Shown here: positions 24,104 through 33,248 of the stretch, piece after piece
How the letters are laid out: every line of letters starts with the position of its first letter
Position numbering within the stretch: position 1 is the first letter of the stretch
NCBI GenBank assembly: GCA_041599195.1
Contig: JBFHXA010000001.1
Location: 1-36,083, forward strand
Length of the DNA stretch: 36,083 bases
Direction: 5' to 3'
DNA from: Trichloromonas sp.
Lineage (GTDB): Bacteria; Desulfobacterota; Desulfuromonadia; Desulfuromonadales; Trichloromonadaceae
Made by a program: the position numbers and the translations under genes
The notes under the pieces: generated by a model
The model's database searches: none
The model's input: only the letters and a program-made list of their open reading frames with translations
Told to the model about the DNA's origin: nothing

Positions 24104-26186
24104 TGCAAAGGACATCGGGATCGAACATGTTAAGGTCCTCATGGTCGAAGACAACCCCGGTGACATCCGGCTTATGGCTGAAGCCCTGAAAGATGCCCTG
24201 GGGTTAGCGTTTGTGCTGGAGAATGCGGGAACCCTGCAACAGGGCCTGGATAAAATCGGTTCGGCGGCACCCGACATCGTTTTTCTGGATCTAGGGTTGC
24301 CGGACAGTCAGGGCATTGCGACGGCTGAAAAAGTCTGCGCAAGGTTTCCGGCGGTTCCCCTGGTGGTTCTGACCGGAAACAATGACAATGAGCTGGCGGT
24401 TCAGGCTTTGCGGTGCGGGGCCCAGGACTTCCTGGTCAAGGGGCAACTCGACCCCTTATTGATTCAGCGGACCGTTCGCCATTGCATCGAGCGCAAAAGG
24501 GTCGAAAACGAACTGCAGAAAAGGGTCGAGATGCTTTCGGCCTTGTATTCAACCCTCCACCAGGTACAGGAAGATTTCGACCTGAAATCCTCCGGCATGG
24601 CTCTGGCGAGGGCGGCGGTCGACATCCTTGGAGCGGAAGTCGCCTGGATCTCCCGGATTATGCCTGATCGACACATGGAAACGCTGGCTTCCTACCCGGC
24701 GTCCATCGATTGCCAGCACAATGGGCAGCATCCCTGGGATGCCCCAGTCCATCCTTTTTGCCCCCTCTTTCTTTCGGTAACCGATCACCGACCGCTGATC
24801 ATCGCCGGGGCTCAAGCGGACATGGAACTTGCCGGTCAATGCCTCCTTTTTCAGACTGGCCAGATCGCTTCGGTCGGAACCTTTCCCCTGATCAGCCGGG
24901 GCCGGGTCTTTGGCGTGCTGGCGCTGTACAGCAATAATTCTGATTTTTTCAATAAGGAACTTACAGAGTATTTTCAGACCTATGCCGATATGGCTGCGAC
25001 TCTGCTCGATAACAACGAGCTGTTTTCTTCCACCGAAAAACATCTGCAGCAATTATCGTCTCTGCGCAGTATCGATCAGGCCATTGCCGGCACCAGGGAT
25101 CTGAAAATTACCCTCGACCTGGTGCTCACCCATGTCATTTCCCATCTCCGAATTGATGCGGCCTGCATTCTACTCCTTTCGGAAGAGGATCAGGTTCTTC
25201 GCTTTGAAGTCGGAACGGGTTTTCGTACCACCGGATTGCGTCACGCGCGAGTACCTGTTGGGGAAGGTTTGGCGGGGCAGGCGGCGAAAAGCCGAAAAAT
25301 GGTTCATCTGCCGGAGCTCAAAACGACCACGGCACCGGCATTTCAAGCGTCGCGTTACTTTCATCTCGAGGGGTTCTGCTGTTACTGGGGCTTCCCTTTG
25401 ATAGCCAAAGGGAGGGTCCAGGGCGTTCTCGAGTTGTTCCATCGCTCGCCTGTTGAGCCTGATACTGAATGGTACGATTTTCTCGAAGCGCTCGCTGGAC
25501 AGATGGCGATTGCCATCGACAATGCCACGCTTTTTTCTGAGCTTGAAAGTGCCAATTCAAATCTGATTCAGGCCTACGAAGCCACGCTCGATGGCTGGGC
25601 CCGGGCCCTTGACTACCGGGACAGTGAAACGGAGGGGCACTCCCGAAGAGTGACTGAAATGACCGTGCACATCGCCAGCGAGCTGGGGCTTGCCGACGAG
25701 AGCCTGGTTCATATCCGCCGGGGGGCGTTGCTGCACGATATCGGCAAGCTTGGGGTTCCCGACAGCATTCTGCTCAAGCCAGGCCCCCTGGACGAGGCGG
25801 AGTGGGCCGTTATGAAAAAACACCCTACCTTTGCCCATGAAATTCTGGCTCCGATCGAATTTCTCCGGCCGGCGGTTACGATTCCTTATTGTCACCATGA
25901 AAAATGGGACGGTAGCGGCTACCCGCGAGGACTGCGTGGAGAACAGATTCCGCTGGGGGCCAGAATTTTCGCGGTGGTGGATGTCTGGGATGCGCTCAGC
26001 TCGGACCGTCCCTATCGAAAGGCCTGGGGCGCAGAGAAAATAATAGAGTATTTGCGAAATGAATCGGGTAAGCATTTTGATCCAGTAGTGGCTGAGGCCT
26101 TCATTGCTTTTCTGAATGCGAGGGCCGTTGACGGCGTTTGTGTGACTGGCTCACTGAAGGAAAATTCAAACCGAATTGAAATTTGA
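24093..26186 (+). CDS. REC-GAF-GAF-HD-GYP cyclic dinucleotide phosphodiesterase
   Basis: REC (VEDNPGD, FLDLGLPD, LTG), two GAF-like regions (FPLISRGRVFGVL; FPLIAKGRVQGVL), ETEGHS, LHDIGK, HHEKWDGSGYP, DRPYR; ATG 24093 chosen as start. Confidence 0.93.
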   Translation: MIGSAKDIGIEHVKVLMVEDNPGDIRLMAEALKDALGLAFVLENAGTLQQGLDKIGSAAPDIVFLDLGLPDSQGIATAEKVCARFPAVPLVVLTGNNDNELAVQALRCGAQDFLVKGQLDPLLIQRTVRHCIERKRVENELQKRVEMLSALYSTLHQVQEDFDLKSSGMALARAAVDILGAEVAWISRIMPDRHMETLASYPASIDCQHNGQHPWDAPVHPFCPLFLSVTDHRPLIIAGAQADMELAGQCLLFQTGQIASVGTFPLISRGRVFGVLALYSNNSDFFNKELTEYFQTYADMAATLLDNNELFSSTEKHLQQLSSLRSIDQAIAGTRDLKITLDLVLTHVISHLRIDAACILLLSEEDQVLRFEVGTGFRTTGLRHARVPVGEGLAGQAAKSRKMVHLPELKTTTAPAFQASRYFHLEGFCCYWGFPLIAKGRVQGVLELFHRSPVEPDTEWYDFLEALAGQMAIAIDNATLFSELESANSNLIQAYEATLDGWARALDYRDSETEGHSRRVTEMTVHIASELGLADESLVHIRRGALLHDIGKLGVPDSILLKPGPLDEAEWAVMKKHPTFAHEILAPIEFLRPAVTIPYCHHEKWDGSGYPRGLRGEQIPLGARIFAVVDVWDALSSDRPYRKAWGAEKIIEYLRNESGKHFDPVVAEAFIAFLNARAVDGVCVTGSLKENSNRIEI

Positions 26187-26339
26187 TAGATCTGGTTATG
26201 TACAATGCTGCAGAGTCTGCGACATAATCTCTCTCTCGGCTAAACTGGTCCTCAAGTGAAACAAAGAGGCCAGATATGTTTGAAAATTATACGACAACGA
26301 GATTGAGTTTGCCTGCCGTTTTCAGCACGATCGGGGGGG

Positions 26340-26587
26340 CGGTTTGTCAGTGGTTGTTTCCATGCGCCGCCATTGTCGGTCAATTATGGTGCGACCCATG
26401 CCTTGGCCGAAGTTTATCTGCCGGGCGCAGGTTGGAGGGGATTCGATTCCACCATCGAAGGCACCGCAGGAGCTGATCGCTTCGTCGTAGCGGTGGCCGG
26501 GTTGTCCGAATCCGTGCCCCTTAAGCCGGATCCTTTATTGGTCCACCTGGGGCGAACCTCAATGTGGGTGTATGGGTGACCGAGTAG
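26340..26587 (+). pseudogene. 3' remnant of a transglutaminase-like protein gene
   Basis: RFVSG..ATHALAEVYLPGAGWRGFDST..VAVA (family motif HAWAE..GW.GFDPT eroded); frameshift; GSFIGPPG..VGVWVTE*; catalytic Cys region absent. Confidence 0.8.
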
Positions 26588-26705
26588 GAATAAACAGACC
26601 ATATAAGAGGAAGGGCCGGCATCTATTGTTTGGGGATGAGAAGGGAATTTTCTCTATTTAGCTGTATACTGTAGTGCACGGACTCTAGCTAGAAGGGACA
26701 ATTTT

Positions 26706-27311
26706 ATGGACACCTTTGATGCCATCTACCAGCGTCGGGCGATCAAGCATTTTGATCCCAATCACCGTCTCACCAAAGAAGAAGAGGCCAGGCTTCTGGA
26801 TGCCGCGATACAGGCGCCGACCAGTTTCAACGCCCAGCACTGGCGGTTTGTCATCGTTCGCGATCCGGCCCTGCGCAGGCGGATTCGTACCGAATTCGGC
26901 AACGACCAGGCCCAGATGACCGATGCCTCCCTGCTCATCATCATGACGGCAGACGTCAAGGCCTGGGCCAAGGAGCCCGGACGTTACTGGCAGAATGCGC
27001 CCAAAGAGGTTGCCGAGCTCCTGGTCAACTGGATGGGGCCGTTTCATGAAGGACGCGACTGGCTGCAGCGCGACGAGGCTCAGCGGTCGATCGGCCTGGC
27101 CATGCAGACGATCATGCTGGCGGCCAAGGCGATGGGGTACGATTCCTGCCCGATGATCGGTTTCGACATTGAAAAGGTCGGCGAACTCATCAAGCTCCCT
27201 GCCGATCATGTGATGGGTCCGATGGTAGCCGTCGGGAAGAAAACCAAGGACTCCTGGCCCAAGCCCGGACAATTGCCCCTGAGTGCAGTGGTCGTCGAAA
27301 ACAGCTTCTGA
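26706..27311 (+). CDS. Nitroreductase family protein
   Basis: RRAIKHF, APTSFNAQHWRFV, MLAAKAMGYDSCPMIGFD. Confidence 0.93.
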   Translation: MDTFDAIYQRRAIKHFDPNHRLTKEEEARLLDAAIQAPTSFNAQHWRFVIVRDPALRRRIRTEFGNDQAQMTDASLLIIMTADVKAWAKEPGRYWQNAPKEVAELLVNWMGPFHEGRDWLQRDEAQRSIGLAMQTIMLAAKAMGYDSCPMIGFDIEKVGELIKLPADHVMGPMVAVGKKTKDSWPKPGQLPLSAVVVENSF

Positions 27312-27331
27312 TGCCGCGAAAAGCAGAGATG

Positions 27332-27364
27332 AAAAAGGCCCACCCCGAACGTCGGGTGGGCCTT
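27332..27364 (-). terminator. Intrinsic terminator between convergent nitroreductase and tatC
   Basis: AAAAAGGCCCACCC-loop-GGGTGGGCCTT; U-tract on the minus strand. Confidence 0.75.
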
Positions 27365-27443
27365 GCCGGTTGTGCCGGAGTTTTCAGCCGCCGCCGTGCC
27401 CCGCGGCTGTTTCTGGGTTTTTCCCGGCCGGACTTTCGGCAGG

Positions 27444-28214
27444 TCAGCCTTCGGTTTTCGCGGATTCCTGCGGCTCCTCATCCGGTTCCGGCTTCTTTTT
27501 GCCGAACAGTCGGGCGACGATGATGCCAACCTCATAAAGGATGATGAAGGGGCCGGCGATGGCGGTCTGGGAAAAGACGTCCGGCGGGGTCAGGATGGCG
27601 CCAACGACGAAAGCGACCAGGATGGCGAACTTGCGGTTCTTGCGCAGCCACTTGTGGTCAACGACGCCCATGCGGGCGAGAAAGAAAATCACCACCGGCA
27701 ATTCGAAAACCAGCCCAAAGGCGAGCAGCAGGCGGGTCGACAGGGTCAGGTAGCCCCCCATCGACAGCATGGCGCTGATTTCGCCGGTGCCGGTGCCGAA
27801 GGAGATCAGAAAGGTGAAAATCGTGGGGAAGACGTAGGTGAAGCCGAAGTAGGTGCCGGCGGCGAAGCAGAGGCAGCTGACCAGCACGAAGGGAACGGCA
27901 AAGCGTTTCTCGTGGCCGTAGAGTCCCGGGGCGATAAAGGCCCAGAGTTGCCAGAGGATGACCGGCAGGGCCAGCAGCAGGCCGGCGACCGCCGCCACCT
28001 TGAGATAGGTGAAGAAGGGTTCGGTGGCGTTGATGAAGACCAGCGAGCTCCCCTCGGGCAGGGCCGCCCGCACCGGTTCGGCGACGTACTGGAAGAGCTT
28101 TTCGGCAAAGCTGTAGCAGCCGAGAAAGGCCACCAGCCAGGCGCCGCCGGCGATCATCAGCCGTTTGCGCAGCTCTTCGAGGTGACTGGTAAAAGGAAGC
28201 TGATCATCCGCCAT
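27444..28214 (-). CDS. tatC: Twin-arginine translocase subunit TatC
   Basis: [34 protein letters not shown]; ATG 28214. Confidence 0.97.
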   Translation of the reverse strand: MADDQLPFTSHLEELRKRLMIAGGAWLVAFLGCYSFAEKLFQYVAEPVRAALPEGSSLVFINATEPFFTYLKVAAVAGLLLALPVILWQLWAFIAPGLYGHEKRFAVPFVLVSCLCFAAGTYFGFTYVFPTIFTFLISFGTGTGEISAMLSMGGYLTLSTRLLLAFGLVFELPVVIFFLARMGVVDHKWLRKNRKFAILVAFVVGAILTPPDVFSQTAIAGPFIILYEVGIIVARLFGKKKPEPDEEPQESAKTEG

Positions 28215-28542
28215 GGGTCGAATCTTTCGGCGGTTGGTCCGCACTGGATGCGTCCTGTTCCGCTACCGGCGATCCGTTAGCCCCGGAGGTTCCGTCGACG
28301 TAGGGATTGGAAGGCGTCTCGCTTCCCGGAGCCTTGATCTTCCCCTCGTTGATCAGCCGGTCACGGGTTTCGCTGGTGCGGGTTTCTTCATTCAGCGTAT
28401 TCTTCAAATCGTCGGTGGCCCGCTTGAATTCGGACAGTCCGCGGCCGAGGGCCTTGGCCAGGTCGGGGAGTTTTTTCGGGCCGATCACGATCAGGGCGAT
28501 GGCCAGGATGAGAAGGAGTTCGGGCATGCCGATACCGAACAT
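28204..28542 (-). CDS. tatB: Twin-arginine translocase TatA/TatB family subunit (TatB-like)
   Basis: [19 protein letters not shown] with Glu8 and GP hinge; directly upstream of tatC; TatA identity not excluded. Confidence 0.78.
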   Translation of the reverse strand: MFGIGMPELLLILAIALIVIGPKKLPDLAKALGRGLSEFKRATDDLKNTLNEETRTSETRDRLINEGKIKAPGSETPSNPYVDGTSGANGSPVAEQDASSADQPPKDSTHGG

Positions 28543-28591
28543 AGGGTGCTACCTCGCAGGAATAAATGGACGGAATTCTCGAAATGTGCAG

Positions 28592-28620
28592 AGAATATCC
28601 CTTCTCCCCCCCCCTGTCAA
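28592..28620 (-). promoter_or_regulatory. Sigma70 promoter of tatBC
   Basis: Minus strand TTGACA-17 bp-TATTCT. Confidence 0.65.
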
Positions 28621-28643
28621 GGCCAAAGGGGGGCGATAAGGGT

Positions 28644-28672
28644 TTGACATATCAGGGCTTTTGAACTAGTAT
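28644..28672 (+). promoter_or_regulatory. Sigma70 promoter of nadA
   Basis: TTGACA-17 bp-TAGTAT. Confidence 0.65.
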
Positions 28673-28717
28673 ACGGCGACTAAAAAGCTGCCGCGGAAGC
28701 GGCGTGGAAGGTGGGTA

Positions 28718-29632
28718 ATGACACAGGAAGAAATAATCCAGGAAATCCGTCGCCTGGCCAAGGAACGCAACGCCCTGCTGCTGGCGCACAACTACCAGCG
28801 CGATGAAATCCAGGCTATCGCCGACATTACCGGAGACTCCCTCGGGTTGTCGATGGAGGCGGCCCGTACCGACAAGCAGGTGATTGTTTTCTGCGGCGTG
28901 CACTTCATGGCCGAAAGTGCCGCGATTCTCTCGCCGGAGAAGATCGTGCTGCTGCCCCGCGCCGATGCCGGCTGCCCGATGGCCGACATGGTGACCCCCG
29001 AGGGGCTGCGGGAGATGAAAGCCCGTCTCCCCGGTCGGCCGGTGGTGACCTATGTCAATTCCACCGCCGCGGTCAAGGCCGAGAGCGATATCTGCTGCAC
29101 CAGCGCCAACGCGGTGAAGGTGGTCAACTCCCTCGACGCCGACGAGGTGATCCTGGTCCCCGACCGCAACCTCGGCCACTACATCGCCGCTCACACCGAC
29201 AAGAAGTGCCATCTCTGGGAGGGCTTCTGCCCGACCCATGACCGGCTGCAGGTCGCCGAGGTCAAGCGGGCCCTGGCCGAGCATCCAGGTGCCCTGTTCA
29301 TGGCGCATCCGGAGTGCCCCCCCGAGATTCTCGAGCTGGCCCACCATATCTGTTCCACCAGCGGCATGTACGACTACGCCCTTAGAAGCCAGGTGAAAAA
29401 ATTCATCGTCGGCACCGAGGCGGGGATCCTCTACCGGCTGCGCAAGGAAAATCCCGGCAAGGAGTTCATCCTCCCCTCGCCCCGCCTGATCTGTCCCAAC
29501 ATGAAGCTGACTTCGCTGGAGGATGTGCTGCGCTGCCTGCAGACCATGAGTCCGCAGATCACCGTGGCGCCCGATATCCGCGAACGGGCCAAAATCACCC
29601 TCGACCGCATGCTGGCTGTCCCCCGGGACTGA
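28718..29632 (+). CDS. nadA: Quinolinate synthase NadA
   Basis: [39 protein letters not shown] (three Fe-S cysteines). Confidence 0.97.
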   Translation: MTQEEIIQEIRRLAKERNALLLAHNYQRDEIQAIADITGDSLGLSMEAARTDKQVIVFCGVHFMAESAAILSPEKIVLLPRADAGCPMADMVTPEGLREMKARLPGRPVVTYVNSTAAVKAESDICCTSANAVKVVNSLDADEVILVPDRNLGHYIAAHTDKKCHLWEGFCPTHDRLQVAEVKRALAEHPGALFMAHPECPPEILELAHHICSTSGMYDYALRSQVKKFIVGTEAGILYRLRKENPGKEFILPSPRLICPNMKLTSLEDVLRCLQTMSPQITVAPDIRERAKITLDRMLAVPRD

Positions 29633-29660
29633 CCGCGCGCGGCCATTTTTGAGTTTACCG

Positions 29661-29687
29661 CGGGGCGTGTTCAGCACGCCCCGTTTT
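29661..29687 (+). terminator. Terminator-like hairpin between nadA and mfd
   Basis: CGGGGCGTG-TTCAG-CACGCCCCG-TTTT. Confidence 0.55.
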
Positions 29688-29694
29688 CGTAGGG

Positions 29695-32600
29695 ATGTTC
29701 ACCGCCCCAATGGACCCATCGACCCAACAGCCGGAAATCGCCCACGCCACCATCCGTTCGGTGGTCGAAGGGCTCGCTGCCGGCCAGACCCGCACCGAGG
29801 TGCTCGGACTGGTCGGTTCCAGCGGCGCCTGCCTGCTGGCGTCGGAACTGGCGGCGGTGCCGGAACCTTTCCTGGTGGTGGCCGCCGACAGCCGGCAGGC
29901 TGAACGGTTTGCCGCCGCCCTCGCCTTCTACCACGGTCGCCCTGAAGAAGTCTTGGTCTTTCCGCATTGGGAAATCCGCCCCTATGAGCCGCTGAGCCCC
30001 CATCCCGAGGTCGAGGCCGCCCGCCTGGCGGCGCTGGCCGCCCTGCATCAGGGGCGGGCGAAGGCGGTGGTAACGACCGCGCGGGCGCTGCTGCAGCGGG
30101 TGATTCCCCGCGAGGTGCTGGCCGGGCTCTGCGAGGTGCTGGAGTTCGGCGGCGACTACCCCCGCGAGCAGCTCACCGACTTGCTGCAGCGGCTCGGTTA
30201 CAACGCCGTGCCGCTGGTGGAGGACCGCGGTACCTTTTCGGTGCGCGGCGACATCATCGACATCTTTCCGCCCTCTTTGGCCCGGCCGGTGCGGCTTGAA
30301 TTCTTCGGCGATACCCTCGAAAAGCTGCGCCCCTTCGACGCGGCCAGCCAGCGTTCCGACGATCGCGAGCTCGAACGGCTGGAGCTGCTGCCGGCCCGGG
30401 AGATGGTGCTGGCCGGCGACTATCTGCAGAGTTTTTCCCGCCGGCTCAAGGAGCGCTGCGATGCCCTCGAGCTCCCCCGCTCCCAGCGCGAGGCGGTGCT
30501 CGAAGAGGCCCGGGAGGGACTGCTGTCTCCCGGCCGCCAGTTTCTGCTGCCGCTGACCTACGGGCGACTCGATACCCTGTTCGACTATGCCCCCAAGGGG
30601 CGCTGGGTCATTCTCGATCCGCCGGCGGTGGACCAGGCCGGCGACCAGTTTGCCGCCGAGGTCGCCGAGGGCGAGGCGCGCATGGCCCGCCGCGAGGAAC
30701 CGTACGTCGAGGCGGCCAGCATGTATCTGACCCCGGCCGAACTGGAGCGGGAATTGTCGCTGCGGCGCAGGCAGGAATTCTCCTCCCTCGAGGTCTTCCG
30801 CCTGCAGGAGGACCGCCAGCGTTACCGGGTCAACGCCCTCGGCAACGGGGATATCCATACCCGCCTGCGCGAAGCCGGCGGCGGCCTGGCCGGCCTGGCC
30901 GCCCAGCTGCGCCAGTGGCAGGAGGACGGCTGGCGCACCCTGCTGGTCTGCCACCAGCAGGGACAGGCCGAGCGCCTGCTCGACCTGCTTGAGCCGGAAG
31001 GGGTGCGGCCGGTGTTCGATCCGGGCGCCTCGCTGAAGACTCTGAAGAGCAAAGATCTGGTGGTGACGCTGGGCGAACTGCCCGACGGCTTCCGGTTGCC
31101 GGACGAACGTACGGTGGTGGTTACCGAGGAAGAAATCTTCGGCCAGCGGGTCCGCCGCCGGCCGCGCAAGGATGCCCGCGCCCTCCTCTCCTCCCTGGCC
31201 GAACTCAAGGAGGGGGATTACGTCGTCCACGCCGACCACGGCATTGGTCGCTACCACGGGTTGCAGCACCTGAGCATGGGACCGACCGAGGGGGATTTCC
31301 TGCACCTCGAGTACGCCGGCGGCGACAAGCTCTACCTGCCGGTGGAGCGCATCGAGAAGGTGCAGAAATACGTCGGCGGCGAAGGGCAGGCCCCGCGACT
31401 CGACAAGATGGGGGGCGGCGCCTGGGAAAAGGCCAAGCTCAAGGCGCGGGCCGCCGTCGAGGAACTGGCCCGCGACCTGCTCAAGATTTACGCCCGCCGG
31501 GAGATGAGCCAGGGCTTCCGCTATGGCCGTCCGGATCGGGTGTTCCGCGAATTCGAGGCCGCCTTTCCCTACGAGGAAACCCCCGACCAGTTGCGGGCGA
31601 TCCAGGAGGTGCTGGCCGACATGGAGTCGGAACGCCCGGTCGACCGACTGGTCTGCGGCGACGTCGGTTACGGCAAGACCGAGGTGGCGATTAGGGCCGC
31701 CTTTCGCGCCGCCCTCGACGGCCGCCAGGTGGCGGTGCTGGTGCCGACCACGGTGCTGGCCCGCCAGCACTTTGAAACCTTCCGCGAGCGCTTCAAGGAC
31801 TACCCGGTCGAGGTCGACATGGTTTCCCGCTTCCGCAGCGCCAGCGAGCAGAAGCAGGTGCTCGAGCGCACCGCCGCCGGCCAGGTCGACATCCTGATCG
31901 GCACCCACCGACTGTTGCAGCGGGACGTCCGTTTCAAGAACCTCGGCCTGGTGGTCATCGACGAGGAGCAGCGCTTCGGGGTTTCCCACAAGGAACGCCT
32001 GAAAAAGCTGCGCGCCGAGGTCGACGTCATCACCCTTACCGCCACGCCAATCCCCCGTACCCTGCACATGAGCATGATGGGGATGCGTGACCTCTCGGTC
32101 ATCGAGACGCCCCCGGTCGACCGGCTGGCGGTGCGCACCTATGTCACCCGGTTCGACGACGACCTGATCCGCGAGGCGATCCTGCGCGAGCTGCGCCGCG
32201 GCGGCCAGGTCTTCTTCGTTCACAACCGGGTGCAGAATATCGAGGCGATGGCCGATTTTCTGCGCACCCTGGTTCCCGAGGCGAAAATCGCCGTCGGCCA
32301 CGGGCAGATGGGGGAAAAAGCCCTGGAGCAGGTGATGGTCGATTTCATCGAGGGGAAGGACCAGGTTCTGGTCTGCAGCACCATCATCGAAAACGGCATC
32401 GACATCCCCCGTGCCAACACCATCATCATCAACCGCGCCGACTGTTTCGGCCTCTCCCAGCTCTACCAGCTGCGCGGCCGGGTCGGCCGCAGCCGCCACC
32501 GGGCCTACGCCTACCTGCTGATCCCCGGCGAGGGGAGCCTGACCCGTGAGGCCAGGGAGCGTCTGCGGGTGCTGCAGGATCTCACCGAGCTCGGCGCCGG

Positions 32601-33189
32601 CTTCCGGGTCGCCAGCCACGACCTCGAGCTGCGCGGCGCCGGCGACCTGCTCGGTGGCCGCCAGGCCGGCCAGATCGCCGCCATCGGTTTCGAGATGTAT
32701 GCCGAGCTGCTCGAAGAAACCATTCACGAACTGCAGGGGCTCGAGCGCGAGGAGAAGGTCGACCCCGAGGTGCGCCTCGGGCTGTCCGCCTTCCTGCCGG
32801 AAAAATACCTGCCCGACCCCAACCAGCGGCTGGTCTTCTACAAGCAGCTGGCCGCCGCCGAGGTGGTCGACGAGCTCTACGATGCCGCCGACGAGCTGCG
32901 CGACCGCTACGGCGAGCTGCCGGAGCCGGCGGTGCTGCTGATCGAGGTGATGAAGCTGCGGGTGCTGATGAAGCAGTTCAAGGTCGAGCTGGCCGAATAT
33001 GACGGTCGCCAGCTGCTGTTCGCCTTTCACGCGACCACCCCGGTGCCGCCGGAGAAGATCCTCAAGCTCATGGAACAGCCTGGAAAATACCGCTTTTCCC
33101 CCGACTACCGGCTGTCGGTCCAGATTGGGAAAATGGGCGCCGAAGAGGTGCTGACGACGGCGAAAAAAGAATTGCAGGGGTTTCTCTAG
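29695..33189 (+). CDS. mfd: Transcription-repair coupling factor Mfd
   Basis: UvrB-like N-terminus, RID (GDYVVH..HGIGRY), GDVGYGKTE, DEEQRFG, TATPIPRT, QLRGRVGR, DLELRGAG; start 29695 or 29710. Confidence 0.98.
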   Translation: MFTAPMDPSTQQPEIAHATIRSVVEGLAAGQTRTEVLGLVGSSGACLLASELAAVPEPFLVVAADSRQAERFAAALAFYHGRPEEVLVFPHWEIRPYEPLSPHPEVEAARLAALAALHQGRAKAVVTTARALLQRVIPREVLAGLCEVLEFGGDYPREQLTDLLQRLGYNAVPLVEDRGTFSVRGDIIDIFPPSLARPVRLEFFGDTLEKLRPFDAASQRSDDRELERLELLPAREMVLAGDYLQSFSRRLKERCDALELPRSQREAVLEEAREGLLSPGRQFLLPLTYGRLDTLFDYAPKGRWVILDPPAVDQAGDQFAAEVAEGEARMARREEPYVEAASMYLTPAELERELSLRRRQEFSSLEVFRLQEDRQRYRVNALGNGDIHTRLREAGGGLAGLAAQLRQWQEDGWRTLLVCHQQGQAERLLDLLEPEGVRPVFDPGASLKTLKSKDLVVTLGELPDGFRLPDERTVVVTEEEIFGQRVRRRPRKDARALLSSLAELKEGDYVVHADHGIGRYHGLQHLSMGPTEGDFLHLEYAGGDKLYLPVERIEKVQKYVGGEGQAPRLDKMGGGAWEKAKLKARAAVEELARDLLKIYARREMSQGFRYGRPDRVFREFEAAFPYEETPDQLRAIQEVLADMESERPVDRLVCGDVGYGKTEVAIRAAFRAALDGRQVAVLVPTTVLARQHFETFRERFKDYPVEVDMVSRFRSASEQKQVLERTAAGQVDILIGTHRLLQRDVRFKNLGLVVIDEEQRFGVSHKERLKKLRAEVDVITLTATPIPRTLHMSMMGMRDLSVIETPPVDRLAVRTYVTRFDDDLIREAILRELRRGGQVFFVHNRVQNIEAMADFLRTLVPEAKIAVGHGQMGEKALEQVMVDFIEGKDQVLVCSTIIENGIDIPRANTIIINRADCFGLSQLYQLRGRVGRSRHRAYAYLLIPGEGSLTREARERLRVLQDLTELGAGFRVASHDLELRGAGDLLGGRQAGQIAAIGFEMYAELLEETIHELQGLEREEKVDPEVRLGLSAFLPEKYLPDPNQRLVFYKQLAAAEVVDELYDAADELRDRYGELPEPAVLLIEVMKLRVLMKQFKVELAEYDGRQLLFAFHATTPVPPEKILKLMEQPGKYRFSPDYRLSVQIGKMGAEEVLTTAKKELQGFL

Positions 33190-33248
33190 CTGTGCTAGCT
33201 TGTCCCAGTTGTGTTCAGATCAAGACCCATTCCGCGGGATTAATACCA

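Noticed and set aside
16651-26700. Prophage, IS, ICE, CRISPR or anti-phage defence system
   Set aside because: No integrase, transposase, att-like repeats, repeat-spacer array or nuclease/NTPase defence domains seen
29671-33030. 1119-aa minus-strand ORF
   Set aside because: Antisense shadow of mfd produced by GC-rich codon bias; no recognisable motifs
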